Shown here: positions 36,780 to 49,608 of the stretch, piece after piece
Layout: each line of letters opens with the position of its first letter
Numbering within the stretch: position 1 is the stretch's first letter
NCBI GenBank assembly: GCA_951406725.2
Contig: OX597826.1
Location: 34,224,001-34,288,000 of the forward strand
Origin: Octopus vulgaris
Taxonomy: Eukaryota
Direction of reading: 5' to 3'
DNA: 64,000 nucleotides
Program-made: the position numbers and the translations under genes
Notes under the pieces: model-generated
Seen by the model: the letters and a program-made list of their open reading frames with translations, nothing else
Told to the model about the DNA's origin: nothing
Databases searched by the model: none

Positions 36780-38702
36780 TTGAATTTTCTGCTGCTTTAA
36801 ATAAAGCATATTACTCTACCACTGGTATTTGAGTACTCTTTTTTCCACCTTGTTTCACATTTATGTTTACTCCGGTATATATATATATATATATATATGA
36901 TGTAAATTTATAAAGAAATATTTTAATTTCGAATTGAAGAATCAGTCAGTACTTATTTTGATATGAACAAGGAAAATATTGACTGTGATATCGAAGTTTT
37001 GGCTTACTTGCCATTGCTGACTTTGTTTAATTTTTCAAACTTAATCATCTTTTTGCGTGGGGTTTGTATTCGTTGTATGGAGCTATCGGTATCAAAATTA
37101 CGTATGCTGTAAATATTTTATGTATGGTGACAGAAGTGGTTGTAGATATATATATATACTGTTTGAATGAAGCAGAGAAGATGGAAGTACATATATGTAA
37201 TGTTTGAATGGAAAGGAGAGAAGAGATATATATTTTAGACTTAACAGAAATTTATGTCCTTTGTTAGCAGCTGGCAGTGTGTATAGCATAATTTTATTTA
37301 TAACCATGTCAGCTGCTGCAGTATCTTTTGTGCAACATCTAAAACAATTGTTATAATATTGCTACAGCTCACACTGCAACTTCATACAGCTTCGTGGTGC
37401 TCTCCTTAACTGAAGGCGCATTTTGGCTTATGGATGTCTCTGTATGACTTTCTCCTTCCTTGTTGGCTGAGAGGAGATTGATTATTACTACGAGTTCTGC
37501 TCTGCCTGAGATTTGGATGCATAAAGCGCCAGTTACTCTATATTTCTGCATACAAGCAGACATTTTATGTAGAATTTGGAGAGGGTTCGCATTTCATGTT
37601 CTGTTTTTGTTGCTTATGCATTTAGTAGTTTTAAAGTTAAATTCCGTTTCATTAGTCTTTCGGGGTTTTTTTCCCCTCCGATCCGAGAGGCTGTGTTGGG
37701 GCTGGATCTCTTTGGTGCTTCCGTTTCCTTTTCTCATCTTACACCTTTCTGGATATTTTCGTTAACAGATAATGAACTGGTTTCATTGTTTTTGTTGTTG
37801 TTGTTGTTGCCTTCATTTCTCTGAATTTTGCTTGGAACTTCAATATTAGTACGTCTGTGTGTGTGTGTGTGTGTACTCACACACACACACGCACACACAA
37901 AAACACACACATCCATTGGTGGGTGTGCGTGCCTTTGTGGATGTGTGTGTGTATGTGTAAGTGTGTGTGATCGCCATTTCGCGTCTTTTTATCCCAGCTT
38001 ACATGGATCGAAAGGAATTACCTGATTCCAAATAAAATATTTCCCCATGACCAGTCATGCTCTGCTCACGAACAGGCTCTGCTTGCATTACGGTGAGACT
38101 CGTTTACCACTATCACGCGATGCCAAATCAAAAAGACAGTAACACATGCGCACACATATACACACGCTTGCATACACCCACCCACACACCCACAACAACT
38201 GTAAGGCTTATATCAATATCATACACAAAGACAAAAAAAAAACACACTTGGTGCTAATTTTATCCAACACAGGATTACACCGTTAAATATTGATTGCTTG
38301 GAACATGGCAAATACCTTAAGGATGGTGAAGAAATATTTAAAAAGAAATATATTGGAGCGAATTTCTATACTTTTGTTTTTGCATAATTTTTGTCATTTG
38401 GTTGGAAGGGAAAATCAAAAATACATTTAACTTCCTTTTCATGCTATTTTCAACGAAGTCATTTTTACACACAACACCGTTTACACTGCTGCTTTAGAGG
38501 ATGGTTTATCCCAAAGCAACAGGTTTTACGCTTAAAATTTAAGTAAGCCACAAGTATATTTAATACCCTATCTGCAGTTTGCATTTATTCCTGCATATAT
38601 ATATATATATATATTTATGTGTGTATGTGTGTGTGTGTATATGTATGTGTGTGTGTGTGTGTGCGTTTGTGTGTGAATGTGTGTGTGTGAGTAGATGGGC
38701 AT

Positions 38703-38765
<63 letters not shown>

Positions 38766-38849
38766 TGTAACCCAACGATAAGGATGAACATATTAGTATA
38801 GCATAAATTTAACGTGTATTTGTCTGAGTACTCCACAGACACGCATATC

Positions 38850-39035
38850 CTTATTCAGCGTGACACAGAATATGACAAAAACTGGCCCCCTTTGAACTAT
38901 AGATAAAACTCATTTTGCCGTCTAAGTGGATAAGAGTAACATGAAATGAAAGGACTTGCTCAGAAAACAACGCGCCACTGGGAATCCAACCGACGTTCGT
39001 GAGCCGAATGCCCAAACCACTAACCCACGTACCTT
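38850..39035 (-). mobile_element. SINE family C-related remnant
   Basis: actcattttgcc...gagtaacatgaaatgaaaggacttgctcagaaaacaacgcgccactgggaatccaacc...accactaacc. Confidence 0.65.
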
Positions 39036-40682
39036 TGCATGTATATGTGTGTGTATGTGTGTATGTGTGTGTATGTGTGTGTGTATGTGTGTGTGTGTAT
39101 GTGTATGTGTGTATGTGTGTGTATGCATATATTTATGTACAATGACAAACTTGTTCATAGAAATGAACACAGTAAAAAATATCAATGGCGAATAATAGTA
39201 GAAATATCACAAGTCAGATATCCTGTTACAACAATGCTACGTTTCAGAGAAAGAAGAAGCAAAAGAAAATATATTGAATCTGCTTCTAGCAATTACACAA
39301 AAAGAAAAGTGAATGAAACAATAGTGGACGTGCATATTATTAACGTTTCTTTCACAGAAAATTTTCTTTATAATATCAAATATTTCGTTAAATCATATGA
39401 TTAACAAATGGGTGACAAATATGCTGAGTCATGTTAAAATCATCATTAGAGTAACACAGTACATGCATATGGATAATCACGTTGGAAGTTCATTGCTACA
39501 ATTAATAAACTAACAATTAAATTCATGTTGTTCACATCATTTATAATTAAAATTCCGTTCTGATGTTGCATTATTAACATTATTAAGTGAATTCCAAAGA
39601 TTTTACATCTATCACTCAATCAATGAAGCATTTTGAAATGTTCCTTGTTTGGGCCATATTCTGACAATTCTGATTTGTGGTTAAATTTAACATATTTAAG
39701 TTTATGCATTTGTTTTGCAAGATATGAAATTGTGTGTGATGAGGGACTGCTTTGCCTGGATAGAGTTGGCAGGCTGTCTACCAACATTTTGCCCGACTTG
39801 TCTGTGGGGAAGCACACAGCCTTCCTAATTTTTGTGCGATATATGAGTTTGTGCAGGCCACTTGCTGTACCTCTTTCCTACTCTGTCTTCTCGTATACTG
39901 TTTCAAAATCTGTCTACGTTTTGTTCCAGCTGCGGTGAACTGTGTTTCACTTTCGTCCTTTGTCTGTTGCGGGATACAAACCCATTTGTTGAAAGGTAGG
40001 GTTGTCGATTAAATGCGACTGATATCGTGCGACTTAACACATGGATTTAAAAATAGAGTATGTTGTTTTACGGACTCTTTAAAGGTTCAAAAGGAAAAAA
40101 ATATCTATTTTTGTTTTGGATTATATTTGGATAATTTTCGTTTTGTTACCTCTTTATATGATGGCTGCGCTTGAAAATATTGAAAATATGATGTAATTAT
40201 ATTCTAATGTTCCGCATATGTATTAAAACATATTTATATATAAACATTACCCGTTGTACAGATATAGAGTGTGTGATTGGTTTATACGTTAAATTTGCTG
40301 CAGAACTTCGTCCTGTACAATGCTCCCCAAGTGACGCAGAGTTTCAAAGAACAGCTGAGTGCTAAAAACTAGTCGAGACCACTTGCCTTGGAATCATCGA
40401 GAGAGCTTTCCTCGCAGGTAAACCTCAGTAAATTTGGCATATAAACTAAACACATACACTATATATGTGCGAATGATAATGTTAACAATACTAGAGCAGT
40501 TTTTAATTCGTAACACACACGCACACTTTTTATAAGAAACAGGTTTATATTATGATGAAGTAGCCGAAAATTGGAAATATCTGTTACTATTTTCCATATA
40601 ACTACAGTAAATATATTACACTACTGTAAAGCAATTAGAGCTTCTTTGATTTACTACTGAACAATTGAATTTTTCATACATA

Positions 40683-41565
40683 CAAGGTGGTGTCAAAAAA
40701 TTCCCGGATTGGTTCTGTAATGCGTCAACAGATGGCAGCACACGGTTGCATGTGCAGTGATAGCAAGCAGTGATATTCATGAGATAATATTCCGAATGAC
40801 ATCGCAGTGTTTACTTCGCTACTTGTGAAATTTGTGTTTTTGTGATCCCATGTATGCCGTAGACTGCGATTTTTACCATGGACAAGAAGTTGGAATACAG
40901 AGTCAACGAGAAATTTTGCGGTAAACTTGGGACATCTGCTACAGAGCCAATAAGCATACTTCCGCAAGTATATCGCGACGAGGCAAAGGGTCGTAGGCAA
41001 TGTATTGAGTGGCACTGGCGCTTTAAAAGGCACTACAGAACCGCAGCTCAACCAGGCCCACTGCTATTTTCGGCATCCTAAGTATTATGCATCAACAATT
41101 CGTCCGTCATTGCCAGACCGCTACACCGAGAGTTCTACTGCGACGTTTTGATGTGTTTCAGGGAGGACAGTCGTCAAAAGTGGTCTGATCTGTGAAGCGT
41201 AAAGAATTGAATTTTTAACGACGACAATACAGAACTCTCTTCATTCGTGAGTTTCTCACCGAAAACAACATGGTATCACCTCTGCACCCACCCTGTTCGC
41301 CAAATTTAGCAACTGTGGACTTCCATCTCTTACTCAAAATGAAAATGCAGTTCCAAGATCACTGTTTCACGAATCGCAGAAGGTCCTCGACTCACTGACG
41401 GAAAGCAACTTCCAGGCCAGATTCAATATGTAGCAGGAAGGCTGGGACCGGTGTATTGATGTAGAAGGTGACTTTTTCGAAAAAAGTGATTCTAAAACTT
41501 AGATAAATAAGTTATTTTTTATTAAACATAACTAGCCCGTCCGGAAAACTTATGATACCTCCTCG
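40683..41565 (+). mobile_element. Mariner (DD34D-type) element, internally deleted and decayed
   Basis: Imperfect TIRs caaggtggtgtcaaaaaattcccgga / tccggaaaacttatgatacctcctcg with TA on both sides; N-term MDKKLEYRVNEKFCGKLGTSATE...EWHWRFK; C-term FLTENNMVSPLHPPCSPNLATVDFHLLLKMK. Confidence 0.9.
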
Positions 41566-41609
41566 TAACTATGCATATATATAAATATATGCATCTCTCT
41601 CTCTCCCCC

Positions 41610-41641
<32 letters not shown>

Positions 41642-41745
41642 ACGTTAAACCCTCCTTCTTCCCTTCTTTCCTGAGCGTCCGATAATACTATATTTGTTCC
41701 ACGTCCTCGCGTTGTTGTGTTATTTTTGTGTTTTCTTGCTTGGAT

Positions 41746-41797
<52 letters not shown>

Positions 41798-42984
41798 TTT
41801 ATAATATATTTAAATTGTACACGTATATATGTGTTACGAAAAATGTTTTTTATGAATAATGTCGGCGGAGATAGTAGGATCAACAATTTAGGGTCGACAG
41901 TGTAAACTTTATCGCTACTACTGTGTATTTTTTTTCGATATTTTGATAAAACTCTTCACTCACAAATGAGCTATTCTACCCATTCAGAAAACAAAGAATA
42001 CATACATTCTAAGAACTATCTTCTGCAAAAGACATCGTCTGATGATCGGTTGATGGTGTTTAACCATGTCGCATATCTACCACTGAAAGCGCAGCACTAT
42101 GCTTGAGTATCAAATACAATATTTAATTAAATATCCTGCTGATATCTATAACTACTTTTGGTGCTTATCGGCAGCGTCAATACTTTTGATACTTTTAAAT
42201 CATCTTGCTTTCCTCTGCTATTTAATTTTTACTTGATTTTGAATCTATTTAGCATCTTAATACATCAGTTGCTACGCAAAGAACAATTCCCTTTCAACTT
42301 ATCACAGACAATATCTTATTCTGCGATGAAGCCTCGTGCACTTACCACCTGAGGTACTGATTTTTGTGTTTTTCATTTTGATTCCCTGCTATTTCTAATT
42401 TCTTTATGTAGATATGAAGACGCGGAAAGGAATTTCAATATATTCCTAATTGCAAATTTTACAATTAGAATATTTTGTCTGCTGCTGTTTCAAGGCTGAG
42501 ATTCTTGTGATATGAAAATATTCTAAAATAGAACAGAATTAGACCACACACAAAGCAGAATATATGATAGAAAACATTCAGTGATTTATAAAATTACTTT
42601 CTCTATAAAACAAACCTTATGAAAACGATGCAGGTTTTCTGGTTTGCCGGGAGTATATGGAATATCAAACACGGCTGAGAGAGACCTTCGATGAATGAAA
42701 AGTGAAAATTATGAAATTAATTGTAATAATTGAATGAAATGCCTAGAACATTTAAAGATGTAATATAATATTTGTTGATATAAAATTAATAATTTGACAT
42801 ATGTAGCAGAAATGTATCAGTAATAGCAAATAATATAGATTTTCGTAGATTTCAAAGAACTAATGCCATGTATTATTCCCATCTTTTTTGTTTTTTTAAG
42901 ATATTTTGCTCTAATACGTATCATTCTAACTTTTAGAATTCAGATGTTAAAATCACGATGACTAAATATAATCCTTTGTGTTAT

Positions 42985-43190
42985 AGGCATATGTGTTATG
43001 AAATTTTGATGGAGGTGTCTGGTTAATTACATCGACCCCAGTCTTTGACTGGTACTTATTTCATCGATCACCGGAAGAATGAAACAAATGTCGAGCTCGG
43101 CGGCATTTGAATTCAGAACGTAAAGACGAGCGAAATGTCGCTAAACATTCTGTTCGGAGTGCTTAACCATTCTACCAGCTCACTGCCTTG
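42985..43190 (-). mobile_element. SINE family B
   Basis: acatcgaccccagt...ctggtacttatttcatcga...ctcggcggcatttgaattcagaacg...ttctaccagctcactgcc. Confidence 0.88.
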
Positions 43191-44232
43191 CGATGGCTAG
43201 AAATAATGAGATCACCAACACGCAACGTAATTAACCTTAAAACAATAAAAACAATACCTTGGCACCAATATTAATATTTGAAAATATTTCTAAAATAAAT
43301 CCAACGGAAACATGAAGAATCTGAAATTCGCAATTGCGCATTTTGTGAAAATCTGAATTTCATGGGACGGAGATGGTTAATTTTATGTACTTAAGATTAG
43401 TTAACCGGTTAATTACATGTTAATGAAGGTTGCATTTGATTTGAGGGAGTTTTAGATACTATTCCGAAATGATTGCATTACTAGTTAAGCACTACAACAA
43501 TAGGTGTGGTTCATAGCTAACAAATTTCGAGAGAATGCTCGTTACATTAGAGTCGGTCCCAATCCAAGCGTCGTGGAAATACTGCCACCTTAAAATGTCC
43601 AACCATCAAAGAAATTTTAAGCATGCATCCTCTTAGATGGTGGTGGAATTCGAGCGAGAAGAGAGGATGTATATTCGAGTGGAAGAGTGAGTATGTGTGT
43701 GGTTGAATGTGGATGTCATTCGTGAGCGTCTATATGTGTAGGATGTGTGCGTCTGTGGGAGTGTGTGACTAAGTTCGTGTGTGGGAGTGTGTATTTGACT
43801 GAGTGTGTGACTAAGTCAGTGAGTGAATGTATATCTTTGTGAATATTGGTGTGAAGCTGCTTGCATGTGTGTTTGAGAATGCATCTATGACTGTGTATTA
43901 TGCAAGCGAATGTATGCATGTTTCTGTAATATTTTGTGTCTTTTTTATGCTCAGACATTAGAGGCAATGTATTTGTGAGTGCATGACTGAGTTTGTGTGG
44001 GTGTGAGTATATTTCTATGTGAGTATGCATATATTTCTGCATGTGTGTGTGTACACCTTTTTTTTATTTTCTGCATGACTTAAGTTCTACTTTTCTGTCT
44101 TCTTCCTTTGAAAAAGTTTATTCATAAATTTCTCTTATCCTTATCATATAAATTATTTTTTCTTCTTTTATTTCAAACTATTGTTAATTCTCCTACTCCT
44201 TTACTCTCACACGTAATCCAGAATTAGATAAT

Positions 44233-44233
<1 letters not shown>

Positions 44234-44280
<47 letters not shown>

Positions 44281-44322
44281 TGCTGCTGCTGCTGCTGCTG
44301 CTACTACTACTACTACTACTAC
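44234..44322. repeat. (CTA)n/(CTG)n microsatellite
   Basis: Direct inspection. Confidence 0.95.
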
Positions 44323-46197
44323 TCCTGGCTTTAGTATTAGTATTACTACTGCTATCACTTCTTCATGTTGTTTTAGCCTAATATTTCTTTCTTTTTCCTT
44401 CTTTCACACATCTTGTCTATATAGTCATGTCTATAATTACATGCCATCTATTGAAAATATCCTCAGACAAAAGTCTGAGATTTCTTCTTGTTATTATTTT
44501 ATGTCTTTTTTTTAATTTTGTTATTTATGTTGTGGTTTTAGTTTCACTACCTTTCTATATTTTGTTGTCTGATTCACTTTTCTAGAAAGAACTTAACACT
44601 TGGGAATTACACGATGCATTATATACCGACTGACTGTTTAATTGTAATCATACCATGACATGGTTGGCTTTTCTTTTTTTTATTTTCTACTTTTATTTGA
44701 TGAATACACATATTTTTATTTGTTAATTCATTCTCTGCCTAGAATTATCTTAGAATTAACCGTGTACTATTTTGTTTATTTCCTCGTCATACTTCCCAAT
44801 CTTCATCTCCTCACTCTAGTTCTGTTGTTGTTCATAGTCTGTTCACATATACTTTAATATTAATAATTTTAGCTTTACTTCTGCAACTTTGTACAAGATG
44901 CTATTACGCTTGGTTTTTTAAAATTCTTTTTCGCAGTAGCACTTCTTTTGTGAACATGATTTGTATCTTAATGAGCGTCATTTTAAGTTTTGCTTTACCA
45001 TTTCCACATTGGCACAGATTAAACACATTACAGTACAGCATCTAATATTTATGTTATAGTTGCTCATCAACTCAGTTAAGAGACTTAAACAGTTTAGTCT
45101 AATCTCTATAGAATTCACATGATTTTTTTAACAGCTTACAAATCGAACAATGTACGGAACATGTGTAAATTGCAAAAATACATGATTACATGAAATTGAT
45201 GCTAGATGTGAAAATCATAAACATTGCAATCAGGAAGCTTGAGAATACTAACAAGAAATGATTGGAGTATTATGCGTCAGAATTGCTAAATTAGCATGCA
45301 TGGATATTTGACTCCCTGCGATTTGAAATTGAGTTTAAGCATTAAAGGCATCTGGCAATATCTGACATAGAACAGAGAATTTGGATGGTAAGGACATGTA
45401 AAATAAATAGCAAGACCAGAAATATATATTTATATGTATGTGTATGTTTGTTATATCAATAGCTTTGGCAGTAAACAAAAATTTGTATATATGAGTGCGT
45501 CAATATTGAATATGTGGTGTATATATATATATGTATGTATGTAGGTAAGTAGTATGCCTATGTGTAAATTTTCAGTGTATATCTGTTTATATATGCCTGT
45601 GTACAAGAATCAGTGTATGTAAGAAAATAAGTGAGCTGGTCATCTGATTTTAGACCAAATGATGAAGCATTAGAAGCACAAAGCTCATATCCGACTGATG
45701 GAGACACTATATACAGAAATTGATTCAGATGCTGATGATCATGATACCGATTCTAATATTCATGACAATGACGACGACGATAACGATGACGATGACAATG
45801 CTGTAAAAGAAAATATTTAAAAAAATGATTTTTTGAATTTCCTTTTGTTGAATATACATTCATTATATTTTTAACATTAACACGAGAAGAGCTAGTTCTG
45901 TTTTTTATATTTGGTAAAATTTATTTCATTGATGCTTTTGATGTTAGCATTAAATGTCTTCTTACCCAAACCCACTCAATCATGAATTAGTAGAGCAGAT
46001 TACTTTTGTCAGAAATGAAAATAAAGGAAGTACGTTAATGTAGGTTGCCAAGGAATAAAATGTAACGGTTCTATTAATATTTAACTTTATAATAAGCGTG
46101 TGATCACTAATCGGATGCTTTTACTTCCTATATATTGTTAGTCTGCATGTATTCAATTACATTCTCATAAATGTAAATATCTATCTATCCATCTATC

Positions 46198-46228
<31 letters not shown>

Positions 46229-46281
46229 CTGTACATACATATGCATAATTACATGTATATATATATATATGTACATATATA

Positions 46282-46638
46282 TTCTTTTATTCTTTTATTC
46301 TTTTATTTGTTTCAGTCATTTGACTGTGGCCATGCTGGAACACCGCCCTTAGTCGAACAAATCAACCCCAGGACTTATTGTTTGTAAGCCTGGTACTTGT
46401 TCTATCAGTCTTTTTTGCCAAACGTAAATACATCGGTTGTAATGCAATGCTGGTGGGGACAAACATAGACACACGCGCACACACACGCGCACACACACAT
46501 ATATGACAGGCTTCTTTCAGTTTCTGTCTACCAAATCCATTCACAAGGCTTTGGACAGCCCAAGAGTAGAAGACACCTGACAATATACCACTAAGTGGGA
46601 CTGAACCAGAAAACATGTGCTTGGTAAGCAAGCTACTT
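46282..46638 (-). mobile_element. SINE family A, 3' part (head displaced to 48907-48944 by an insertion)
   Basis: (ttctttta)3 tail, cagtcatttgactgtggccatgctgg...ggcttctttcagtttc...gggactgaacc. Confidence 0.9.
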
Positions 46639-48906
46639 TATTTTATAAATTTGTCATATAGACAGTACAGAGAGCTTTGCGAGCTGGACAAACACATTAA
46701 TGAATGAAAATGAATTATAATGAATAAATGAGAGACGAAACCCAACACCCACCGATTGGATTTTTCTCGAAAACATATTTTCTTATTTTTTTAAAAATCA
46801 ATATAAGGTTTCGAACCTTTTACAAGGAGGAGGCACTAAAACCTCTTACTTAACATATTTTCTTTTTTCTTTCTTAAAACACAAAATTGAGGTTATAAAC
46901 CACTACAGAATAGTCCAATAAGGTGAGGTTTCAAAGTCTGTAACGAGGGTCTTTCCCCTCCTACTCTTCGGTATTTTCATCATTATCTTCACCACCTACT
47001 CATCGATATATTCATCATTATCTTCAATGCCGCTTGAGTTCCTGTATCCCGCCATTTCCTATGCCTCACTTATGTAGGACATGTAAGTCGTGTAAGGGCC
47101 ACCCGGCCATATGCGACACTCCTCCCCAAATCCTTTAATCCTTTCCCACAAGGGAAACCTTATGACTTCCACAGCTATCTGCGGAGGCCATTCGGGATCC
47201 CGTGTGAAGGGCATATCTACGGTTTCTTTAAGTTCTTCTACTATTTTTCCACCTCCCCGCCCTTGTAGAAAAATATAATTAATTGATCATCTTTTAAGGG
47301 TGGGGGTGGTTTCTTCCACCGTGGGTGGCACAACTTCGGGACATGCAGTCGGCACATCATCTCCCTGCTGAGATGACCCGTTCTTCTTCTTGCCTTTTTT
47401 CCTTTTCTTCCTGGCTTCGGGAGAGTGGAGCCCTTCCGCTTTGTCCGGAGACTCTCTCCCGCCTCCCGAAGCCTTAGGTTCCTTCGGCGGGCAACTATTG
47501 TTGCCCGCCTTCTTCCTTTTTAATCCTTTTTGAGTTGAGGAGGCTGAAGCTTCCTCAACCACATCCACCTCTCCCTTTGACGGGGTAGGGGAGGTGGCAT
47601 CTGGTGACTGTTCCAGGACCTTACCATGGTCCTGGGGGCAGTTCCTTTTAATGTATACTGGCTGCAGGCACGAGTGACACTTTGGGGGGACGTCCCTCAA
47701 GTATCACCGGATACATGCAGCCAGTCATTTTCAAGAAATCTGGAAAAACCAGTTCTGTTGCGGCCGATGGGGTCCTCAGTGTCAAAATCGCTTTTGACCC
47801 TTCCCAATCGACCGCCGGCAATACTCTTACATTTAAGAGCCTGGGCCCGCCATCTGCCAGTCCCCGTCGGATGGTATCTTCAATCCAATCCGCTTCTGTG
47901 CCCGGGGGAAGCCCACATATCCAGGTTCGTATTAATTTTCTTCCACAATATGACGGGAGAAACAGGATTTCCTTGCCTTCTAAAGGCTGACTCGCAAACT
48001 GGCGAGCCTTTTCCCCGTTGTCAAACAGCAACCATACGGTTGCATGTTTGACACCACTGGATTTTACAGAGGACAAATGTTCTTTAAGTTCATTTTTTAT
48101 GACTTGTTTTGGGAAGACGGTGATGGAATTAAGAACTTTAGAATATATTCTAAGTACCACCGTCTTCTCTTCCATATCTTTTAACCATTGCTTAGGCGGG
48201 TTAATTACCCACTCTAAGACATGTCAAAAAAACAGTTCAAAAGTAGTTCAAAAGACAGACTGCCAAAAAATTAAACCGAATAAAAATAAAACAATATAAA
48301 GGGGAGGGGAGGAAACTGAAATTAAAGTAATGAAAAGAATGAACCAAAACTTTTTAGAGAGAAAGAAATAATAGAAGGGAAAAGTAAAACAAAAATCTCA
48401 CAAATAGCACAGACAGGGAATACTTTGTATAATACTCCAAAATGGTAATCCAAATGGCTTATTTCATTCTATTTTTTTTTGGCGAGATACGCCCACTAGA
48501 ATTCACAAGAAGAATTTTCCAAAAAATTCTCAATTCACCGTTACGGCCAAAATTTAACACAACTGTAAGACAGTTAAAAAATCATTCTAAATTTCTTCTA
48601 GGTACTCCTTAACAGGAACAACATTATTTTCAAACAAAAGTTTGGCAGGATACGCCTACCAAACCAATAATTTTCACAATTAAGTGAATAATGTTTTCAC
48701 TCAGTCTCCAGCAGACTAGAGCCTAGTGAGGACTTGTTGCTTGTAAACAATAATTTGCAACATACAACAGGTCCCCATTAGACCCCCAAATTCTTACCTT
48801 ACGGCTGAGCATTCAAAAGTCTTCAATTTAAGACGGCTTTCAAAAACACGTCTTACATCTTCGGTGTCAAGTACAACACTGACTTGCACATACGCAGAAA
48901 CAACCT
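46639..48906 (-). mobile_element. ORF1-only non-LTR retroelement (half-L1/Tx1-like), 2268 bp, 15-bp TSD
   Basis: TSD gtaagcaagctactt at 46624-46638 and 48907-48921; single gag/ORF1-like frame; A-rich 3' end; no EN or RT recognisable. Confidence 0.85.
46996..48175 (-). pseudogene. L1/Tx1-like ORF1 (gag-like) with CCHC-type knuckle; one frameshift, in-frame stops
   Basis: ORFs 47648-48175 and 47287-47700 join by removing one base of the G6 run 47684-47689, giving YPVILEGRPPKCHSCLQPVYIKRNCP; a K/S/P-rich linker follows; the frame stays open past TGA 47287 to TAG 47059 and TAG 46996. Confidence 0.8.
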
Positions 48907-48944
48907 GTAAGCAAGCTACTTACCACACAGCCACTCCTGCGCCT
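48907..48944 (-). mobile_element. SINE family A 5' head, separated from its body
   Basis: Reverse complement reads aggcgcaggagtggctgtgtggtaagtagcttgcttac. Confidence 0.9.
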
Positions 48945-49159
48945 ATATGTATAAATATACATATGTGTGTGTGTGTGTGTTTGTGTGTGTGTGTATAAAT
49001 ACAATTATATATATGGTTAACTATTGTATATTTATCTGTCTCACTCCATATACACAAAGATAGATATAGATAGAGAGAGAGAGAGAGTAAGAGAGAAAGA
49101 GAAAAAGATAGATTGTTATGGACATAGATATATATAACTAATACATACTGGGTTAAATA

Positions 49160-49546
49160 GGCGCAGGAGTGGCTTGCTTACAAACCATATGGTTCTCGAT
49201 TCAGCTCCACTGTTTGGCACTTTGGGCCAGTGTCTCCTACTCTAACCTCGGGCCGACCAAAGCCTTGTGAGTGGATTTGGTGGACGGAAACTGAAAGAAG
49301 CATGTCGTATATATATATGTGTGTGTGTGTGTTTGTGTCTTTGTCCCCCCATCATCGCTTGACATCCGATGCTGGTGTGTTTACGTCCCCGTAACTTAGC
49401 GGTTCGGCAAAAGAGTCCTGATTGAATAGGGACTAGGCTTATAAAGCATAATTCCTGGCGTCGTTGTGCTCGACTAAAAGGTGGTGCTCCAGCATGACCG
49501 TATTCAAATGACTGAAACAATATATATAAAAAGAATATATATAAAA

Positions 49547-49548
<2 letters not shown>
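49160..49548 (+). mobile_element. SINE family A, near full length
   Basis: ggcgcaggagtggc...cctcgggccgaccaaagccttgtgagtggatttgg...aacttagcggttcggcaaaagag...tcaaatgactgaaac. Confidence 0.92.

Positions 49549-49608
<60 letters not shown>

Larger units (their letters stand above)
36644..36875. mobile_element. Fold-back HHR element in (TA)n
   Basis: 77-bp arms 36644-36720 / 36730-36806 (1 mismatch, 9-nt loop) plus a 69-bp unpaired tail; TA tracts on both sides. Confidence 0.9.

Noticed and set aside
36644-36806. pre-miRNA or TIR MITE interpretation of the hairpin
   Set aside because: Near-perfect arms with an asymmetric tail, TA flanks and embedded HHR folds fit an inverted pLTR-type insertion better
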